NCBI RefSeq assembly: GCF_004010195.1
Contig: NC_057719.1
Span: forward strand, 47,822,093 to 47,863,971
DNA length: 41,879 bases
Direction of reading: 5' to 3'
Source of the DNA: Chiloscyllium plagiosum
Lineage: Eukaryota
Numbering within the stretch: position 1 is the first letter of the stretch; the number at the start of each line of letters is the position of its first letter. The position numbers were made by a program, and so were the translations under genes. Positions 34,303-41,879 of this stretch are shown in pieces. A model generated the notes under the pieces. It was not told the DNA's origin, did no database searches, and saw nothing but the letters and a program-made list of their open reading frames with translations.

Positions 34303-36101
34303 TACTCTTGTGCTTGTGAAGTAACTTGTGAATTTATTAAGACATGCCATACAAATCCTTTATTAAATAAATATATATAGCTTCTAGAATTTGAGTATTG
34401 TCTGGATACTTTTTGCAGTTGTGGTCAGTTATCTGAAGTACTAAATATAACATATCTTGACATGCTTGTTTTGTAATCCTCATCAAAAATGAAGCAACAT
34501 TTTTATTCCCCCCAGATAAATGAATGCTGTGCAGTTTTAACTCTTTGCTCAGCTTACACTTTGGATGTTGCTGTGGTTGATCCTCAATTTCTCCAGGCTG
34601 AAATTGTAGGATTACATTTTCTGGTATCTGCCTTGTTGAAAATATACATGGGACAGAATTGAACTTGCTTGTGGTGCCATTATATCTCCTTGCCTAAGGT
34701 TAAATAGTCTGTAGGCACTTGCTTTATATATGTTGATAAATTTAAAAATTGCTACAATGATTGAGGTATCAAAGGTTTGCTGGTATACATGGAATTGTAC
34801 TGCAATCTGCTATTCCAAAGGCAGAATTTAGAGAAACAAGATCTAGTAAATGAAGTAATCTAGAAACTGTACGTGCTGCTCCTTTTTTTTAAATGTTGGA
34901 ATCAAAGCAGTTACGAAGACCAATAATATTTTTGTATTTATTGCAGTCTTTTGAGAATGTCCAAGTTTAACATTAGGAAATATTTTCTGGCACCTTATCT
35001 GCTGTAATAGTTTGCAGCATGTTGAAAAATCTGTTGGATGAGTAAGCAATTAATGGTGCCCTGCTGTAAGAGTTGGCTGACAGAGCAGTTAATCTTTGTC
35101 TCCAGCTCAGGGTTACGCCTAAAAGCAAATCAGCCATTAGTCAACTTTGTACAGGTTTGGGTCTTCATTTATCAATTTCCTTCTGAGAAATTCAAAGCCC
35201 ATTTTGGTTGAGCTATAGTTGAGTAATAAGAATATAATCTGTTTGCTGGGAGACAGTTACTTAGTGCAACAAATTGATTATTGGTCAGCTGAATCATGCA
35301 TAAAAGTTTGGTGCTTTATTGCATATGTTGTTGCATGCTTGTTGATCTTGCCTGAATTCATCTGTACAGTTTTAAGTTCAACTCTCAAAGTAATTGTGTT
35401 CTAAGCTTTTGCATTGCTGCAAGCCAATTAATACTGTGCTACAGGGATGTATCTATGGCTACTACAAATAGAAAAACTGATATGTTTCTTGGATAAAGAG
35501 CCTCTGCATAGATGTTTAATCAAGACTAGAATTTTTGAATAATATGTGGTTATATTCCTTTACGCTAGTTGTGAAATGCTGTCTTGTTCCTGCAGGTCTC
35601 CAGAGAGTACAACATAAAGCAATCTGTTGACAGCCCTGTACTTCAGTAATTGAGCCCTTCTCACTGAGCTCATGTTTTGTATTACTACCATTGCTGCTTT
35701 CTTGTGCTGCATGTATATATTTATTTCATTCGCTGTTGATCGTGAGAAAGTGCGACGAATACTGGTCAGTTCTTTGAATATTAATTTCAAATTCTAATTA
35801 TTTTTAATTGTGTAATTGTACTATTTGGTAATCTCACTAGTTGAATTTATATGTTAGCACAGTAAACTAATTTCCAAGTTACAGTCAACTTTCCATGGAA
35901 TGGAAAAGTACCATCTTGTTTCCTTCTAGTATAAATAAATTAATGGAGGTAATGAAACTTTTCTTCGTGTCTTGACAGTCTATCATCCTTTTATAGATAA
36001 TTGATAGCCGAGAATGGTATTAAAGAACTGACATTTGTTTGAACAGGTTTTTGTATTTCCGTGTGCATAATATAACATTTGCTTCCGGTTTTCTCTTTCA
36101 G

Positions 36102-36223
36102 TTTGTTTTTGAAGATGTGGTAAGGCCTTGTGGTGAGAAGTTATGCCAAGTCTCAGGATGTAGGAAGCAGTGGAGGAAGTGACGGCGTGCCTTACTTTGG
36201 AATTGCCTCTAGTGAGAATTTTA
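36102..36223 (+). other. Candidate internal exon of the host gene (probably 5'UTR)
   Basis: Polypyrimidine acceptor ttttctctttcag| at 36101 and donor A|GTAAGT at 36224 in unique sequence; stops in all three frames. Confidence 0.55.
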
Positions 36224-36427
36224 GTAAGTGCCAGCTTTTACAAGAGTATCAAAAAAAAAGTACAAATGTCATTAAGTTAAGCAATTAGTAAATAATATGT
36301 TCAAATGAGAACAACATCAGGAATATAAAATAGATGGGGAATGTCGGAGCAACTGAGGTCAGACAGAATCTGTTCAGAGAGAAAGTGAGTTGAAGTCCTA
36401 AATGACCCTACTTCAGAATTACATATA

Positions 36428-37801
36428 CAGAGAAACCTCGATTTTTCCGAATACCAATTATCTGAAAATCGGATTATCCAAAGGAGATCTCGAGGTCCCG
36501 ATGAAAACATTACATCAAAGACATGTTTCCAACAGTTATTGCGTCTTTTATTTAGTAATTAAACAGGCATCATCTCTAAATGACTGACTTCCCGCCCTCT
36601 CTCTCCGCACACTTTTTCCCTGGAGTTCTATACAGGGGTGTACCCTAAACCCTTGTTCCACACATAATCTCTCCAACATTGTCCTGTACAGGATAAATAT
36701 GGAACCTGTCAAAAAGTTGCAGTAAAAAGTTACGTGTGTGGCTGTGGCTGCGTGTATGTGCTATTTGGAGACTTACCCCACAAAGGGAACTGCAGCAAAG
36801 GTCTTGTTGGTGTCCAGTCTAGCTGCCCCGGAGAGGGGGTGGGTGGGAGGTGTGTTGGGCGGGGTTGAGTGCAAGGGGTGTGTTGCATGGTGATTTGGGG
36901 CGGGGGGAGGTGTTGCACGAGGATTGGGGTNNNNNNNNNNNNNNNNNNNNNNNNNNNNNNNNNNNNNNNNNNNNNNNNNNNNNNNNNNNNNNNNNNNNNN
37001 NNNNNNNNNNNNNNNNNNNNNNNNNNNNNNNNNNNNNNNNNNNNNNNNNNNNNNNNNNNNNNNNNNNNNNNNNNNNNNNNNNNNNNNNNNNNNNNNNNNN
37101 NNNNNNNNNNNNNNNNNNNNNNNNNNNNNNNNNNNNNNNNNNNNNNNNNNNNNNNNNNNNNNNNNNNNNNNNNNNNNNNNNNNNNNNNNNNNNNNNNNNN
37201 NNNNNNNNNNNNNNNNNNNNNNNNNNNNNNNNNNNNNNNNNNNNNNNNNNNNNNNNNNNNNNNNNNNNNNNNNNNNNNNNNNNNNNNNNNNNNNNNNNNN
37301 NNNNNNNNNNNNNNNNNNNNNNNNNNNNNNNNNNNNNNNNNNNNNNNNNNNNNNNNNNNNNNNNNNNNNNNNNNNNNNNNNNNNNNNNNNNNNNNNNNNN
37401 NNNNNNNNNNNNNNNNNNNNNNNNNNNNNNNNNNNNNNNNNNNNNNNNNNNNNNNNNNNNNNNNNNNNNNNNNNNNNNNNNNNNNNNNNNNNNNNNNNNN
37501 NNNNNNNNNNNNNNNNNNNNNNNNNNNNNNNNNNNNNNNNNNNNNNNNNNNNNNNNNNNNNNNNNNNNNNNNNNNNNNNNNNNNNNNNNNNNNNNNNNNN
37601 NNNNCACGGGGATTGGGGTGGGGGGGTGCTGAGTGCCGGGGCCTCATGCGCCATGTGCTGTAGCAGTGTCCTGAATGAGGAGCAGACCTTTTTAAAAACT
37701 CCAAGCCCCAGAGGAAAGGCATTTAATCAATTAACCAAATAATCGATTATCCGAACGAAATAGTGCCCGCCCGTCACGTTCGGATAATCGAGGTTCCACT
37801 G
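36428..37801. mobile_element. Tigger/pogo-type non-autonomous DNA transposon with TA TSD; spans an assembly gap
   Basis: TA|CAGAGAAACCTCGATTTTTCCGAA ... TTCGGATAATCGAGGTTCCACTG|TA, with subterminal GATTATCC repeats. Confidence 0.85.
36931..37604. other. Assembly gap (N run) in a G-rich tandem repeat
   Basis: Run of N flanked on both sides by cacgNggattggggt. Confidence 1.
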
Positions 37802-38798
37802 TATAGTGGGCATGTGGGAATGATTGTACTGTCTGAACTAGCAACTAGTGGTCGAAGTCTTTTGTAAATGTTGCACCAGACATTTGACACCTTAGCAATT
37901 TGAATTGCATTATTGATCAGACTTTCCACTCTTCCTATCCATTTCTCTTCTGTGCCTCCTTTCAAAACTCTTGTTTATTTTCTAATATCTTCCTGTAAGA
38001 ACTGTATCAGGCAAGGAGAAAAATACATTGTTATAATCCGTTTGAGACTGATGTTGAAAAGAAATCCAAACTTCTGAGTTATTGGCTATAAGGAATAAGA
38101 CAGCAAGAATTCCAATTGTAAGATTACTGTATCAAGTTACAGGGAGTGTTTCATTAATGCTGTTTTCAGTAGGCAATGTAATATAAACTGGAGAAAGGAA
38201 CATGCTACTTTTCTATTTCTCTCATTGCACTCTCCACAAAATCGCTTCTAGTGTGTTTTTGTTTGCTTGTTTCACCAATTAGTAACTTTAGGTCACCATT
38301 TCCAGGTGCTTCCAATTGTATTTGGGGAATTTCCCAAATCCAATGCCGGCAGTAAAGTCCACTGATTTGTTTTTCTTTCCTTGGCAATGCTAGAGTGAAT
38401 CTCCCCCTTTCCTATGGCTATGGAATAGGGTCTCTTGACAATCATCTCTTTGATTGGAGACCATTTCCTCCTTGCATTCACCATCACTGGCTCGCACAAA
38501 TCATGCACATTCCTTTCTATGTCAAAAGTTGTTGTCCTTCTTCTGGCAAAGTTGCCCATGCTGTTTAGACCATAAGACATAGGAGTGGAAGTAAGGCCAT
38601 TCGGCCCATCAAGTTTATTCCAGGTGTGACCTTGCTCACCCATTCCCTTAACTGAATTACACTTGTCAGGCTGAATTCAGAATACCACAGACTCCCTTAA
38701 TTTTTAACCTAAGTTTAAAGACAAAGCCTAAAGCATTATATCATCAGTTTATTTCAGCCTACATAACAGTCATTCCGGCAATGTTAGATACAATTTAG

Positions 38799-39142
38799 GG
38801 TAACAGGGTGGCTCAGTAGTTGGTGTCACTACCTCACAGCGCCACGGACCTGGGAGTTCGATTCCTGCCTCGGGCGACTGTCTGTGTGGAGTTTGCACAT
38901 TTTTCTCCCGTCTGTGTGGGTTTCCTCCAGGTGCTCTGGTTTTCTCTCATAATCCAAAGATATGCAGGTTAGGTGAATCGGCCATGCTAAATTGCCCATT
39001 AGTGTTCAGGGATGTGTCGGGTAGGTGCAAATGTCGGGTAATTGGGTAGGAGAATGGGTTTGGACGAGTTATTCTTCGGAACGGTGTGGAGTTGTTGGAC
39101 CTAATGGCCTGTTTCCACATTGCAGGGACTCCATGATTCTAT
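38799..39142 (+). mobile_element. Full-length V-SINE (HE1-like)
   Basis: gtggctcagtag A box, gttcgattcc B box, V-domain and CR1-like 3' tail. Confidence 0.9.
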
Positions 39143-39558
39143 AAATTGATAGTAATAGTTTGGAGGGAAGGAATAAATTTCACACCGGATATGGGAAGCA
39201 CAGTTATGTCGTTATAAGTCAGTACTTACTCCAAATGCCCACTATGCCACTGAAAACCAGTTTGAAACCCATAGATCTAGTTGATACAACGTGTGCAGGA
39301 TTTTCAAATTGCTTGACCTTTCCTGCATAAATCATAGATCTGGCTTAATGGTTTTATAGAATTTGGGTGTTTCAAAAAACATCCATTATACTGACCTAGT
39401 GAAAATGTAAATAATGAGGATATGTTGGGATCTTTGTGTCTCAAGATTAAAACCAATCTAATTTCAACAGTTCATTTAATGAAGTTTTAAATCATTAGGA
39501 TGTAAAGTATTTGATCTGTTTAAAACGAAAATTAATCAATATAACTAACTTGTATTGT

Positions 39559-39727
39559 TGCTGTGGTTCTGTTCGCCAAGCTGGAAGTTTTTGTTGCAAA
39601 CGTTTCGTCCCCTGGCTAGGAGATATCATGATGTCGCCTAGCCAGGGGACGAAACGTTTGCAACAAAAGCTCGGCGAACAGAACCACAGCAACAAGCACC
39701 CGAGCTACAAATCTTCGCACAAACTTT
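39559..39727. mobile_element. Young palindromic PLE-derived mini-element (second family) with a 13-bp TSD and fused hammerhead halves
   Basis: Near-perfect palindrome 39555-39695 centred on TCATGA (39626-39631); ATGA-TGTCGCCTAGCCAGGGGAC-GAAACGTT; TAACTTGTATTGT at 39546-39558 and 39728-39740. Confidence 0.85.
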
Positions 39728-40919
39728 TAACTTGTATTGTCTATATTTTTGCTTCCCTCCCATGCAGTAGTGTTATTACACCTTGCCATAAACCTGATAT
39801 CTCTATTCGCCATATGGTAGTACATGCCTAATGGACTGTACCATGTAGATCAATAAAACTTTTGATTTTCTTCCACCATAGCAATTTATGCTGTATTATC
39901 ATTGTTGTTTACCTCCGGGTTCTGTGTCGTATGGTTTTCAACCTGCACCTAAATTCAACCCTCACCCTCTGCACTCCACATCATCTGCTTTGCTATCCTC
40001 ATTCGACTCATTCTACATATAAGCTTTCTCTATTTCCCCACTACCTGTTGGGTCTCCACCTTTCCTGTTATTAAGACATTTAGGTTTTTTTATGTGAAAG
40101 GTAACCGAACCACGGAATTCCAAAAATCTTATTTCCTTTAATGCTTGTTTTTCACTCCTCTGCAACTCACTTTTCTATGATGCAAACACCACATGATCTC
40201 TTAAGGATGTCTGATTTTATTCTGGGTCGTGTGTGTAAGGTTAGAAGTAGCTCACGTTCTTCTGGAATTAAAAAAGATTTACAGAATTCCTGGGGTCATC
40301 TGTTTTTTTTCATTTGGTACTTGTACAGACTATTGAAGATTACATTTTGAGTATCTTGGAAATATGTTTTCCTGTTAAATCCTTTGTCTACTAAGCTTTT
40401 AAACCAAAGTAGCATTGTTATTTTTTATTTAAGACTTTTGCCTCTCTTCGCCAGGTAAACATTTTCCCCCATGTGCAAGTTCATTTTGATAAATTTATGA
40501 TTCCAAGAGATATGAAGGTGTAATCCAAAAGGCCATATTGTAAGGTATGTAGCAAGAACAAAAATAAACGTTCTCTGCAAATTTGCTTCTGCATTTGATC
40601 AGCTTGTTTGTAATTTATTTACAATTCTTCCTTAGTTTGGTGTTATCTGCAAACTTGTAGAGTTTTGCTGCTTTTCTATTTCATTTTAAGTACGTAATAA
40701 TCAACACTGATCTCCAAGGTACCTAGCAAATTATATTGTTCAATGCCTCTGTTTCTTGTGGTTCAGTTATATTTCTGTCAGTTGTAGAAGTCCTCCACCC
40801 ATACCAAGCACTCTGACATTGTGGTACAATCCCCTGCATGATACTATGTTAAATGTTTCACTAAAATCCAAAAAAAAATTCAAAGAGTTATTTCTATCCA
40901 ACTGGTTTATCTCAAAAGA

Positions 40920-41167
40920 CTGTGAATAGCTGTGATCCTATCACTGATCCCTGCAGTGTCCCACAAGTTACTGCTTGTCATTTGGAAACAGACCCAGACT
41001 CTTTGCTTGCTGTCAGCAAAACCAGTTTGCTTTCTAGCTCAATACACTACCCTCAGTATTGTGCTCTTTAGTTTTGCACACTAATCTTTTACATGGGGCT
41101 TTGGCAAAAGCCTTCTGAAAGTCCAAATAAACCACATTCACTGGCTCCTCATCAACTCTACTACTTA
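40920..41167 (-). mobile_element. CR1 RT fragment (inverted relative to the adjacent copy)
   Basis: Minus SRVDEEPVNVVYLDFQKAFAKAPCKRLVCK...LQGSVIGSQLFT. Confidence 0.8.
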
Positions 41168-41879
41168 CTATTTTTACAATATATGTTAATGATATAGAAG
41201 ATGGTATCAGCAATAACATTAGCAAATTTGCTGATGATACAAAGCTGGGTGGCAGGGTAAAATGTGAGGAGGATGTTAGGAGATTACAGGGTGACCTGGA
41301 CAAGTTAGAAGAGTGGGCAGATGCATGGCAGATGCAGTTTAATGTGGATAAATGTATGGTTATCCACTTTGGTGCCAAGAACAGGAAGGCAGATTACTAC
41401 CTCAATGGAATCAATTTAGGTAAAGGGGCAGTACAGAGAGAGCTGGGTGTTCTTGTACACCAGTCAATGAAAGCAAGCATGCAGGTACAGCAGGTAGTAA
41501 AGAAGGCTAATAGCATGCTGGCCTACATAACAAGAGGGATTGAGTATAGAAGCAAAGAGGTGCTTCTGCAGCTGTACAAGGCCCTGGTGAGACCACACCT
41601 GGAGTACTATGTGCAGTTCTGGTCTCCAAATTTGAGAAAAGACATTCTGGCGATTGAGGGAGTGCAGCGTAGGTTCACAAGGTCAATTCCTGGAATGGCG
41701 GGACTACCTTATGCTGAAAGACTGGAGCGACTGGGCTTGTGTACCCTTGAGTTTAGAAGACTGAGAGGGGATATGATTGAGACATATAAGATTATTAAAG
41801 GATTAGACACTCTGGAGGCAGGAAACATGTTTCCGCTGATGGGTGAGTACCGAACCAGAGGACACAGCTTAAAAATAAG
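41168..41879 (+). mobile_element. Young CR1 LINE ORF2 3' half, frame open to the window end
   Basis: FTIYVNDIEDGISNNISKFADDTKLGG...LYKALVRPHLEYYVQFWSP...RRLRGDMIETYKIIKG...RTRGHSLKI. Confidence 0.95.

Noticed and set aside
36730..37742. Long ORFs of 260-330 aa
   Set aside because: Artefacts of the N gap.
38205..38643. Transposase (PIF/Harbinger-like) or host exon in the minus ORFs
   Set aside because: Only a vague PNTIGS similarity; the ORF start derives from a short CR1 tail at ~38567-38612, and no catalytic motif is recognisable.
39495..39831. Mirror-image ORFs on both strands
   Set aside because: A consequence of the palindrome, not coding.

Overview
Vertebrate genomic DNA, inferred to be shark/elasmobranch from its repeat families (CR1 LINEs, HE1-type V-SINEs, a Deu-domain SINE, Rex1, Tigger-like MITEs, Penelope-like elements). 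It has two assembly gaps and no complete protein-coding gene. A CpG island at ~7550-8480 with a 69-bp tandem repeat and a splice donor at 8146/8147 looks like the promoter and first exon of an unidentified + strand gene; most of the rest is probably its repeat-rich intron(s), with a candidate exon at 36102-36223. Highlights: (1) the 5' portion of an A-clade R2 retrotransposon (three zinc fingers + Myb, minus strand, ~274-1797) sitting in an old CR1 rather than in 28S rDNA; (2) a complete, unusually large HDV-like ribozyme fold at its 5' end whose catalytic C is mutated to U; (3) several palindromic Penelope-derived elements with minimal hammerhead ribozyme cores, two with 13-14 bp target-site duplications; (4) a non-processed, frameshifted TIMM8A exon-2 pseudogene fragment at 20384-20539 (minus). 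All family assignments are by eye and from recalled motifs; no searches were run.
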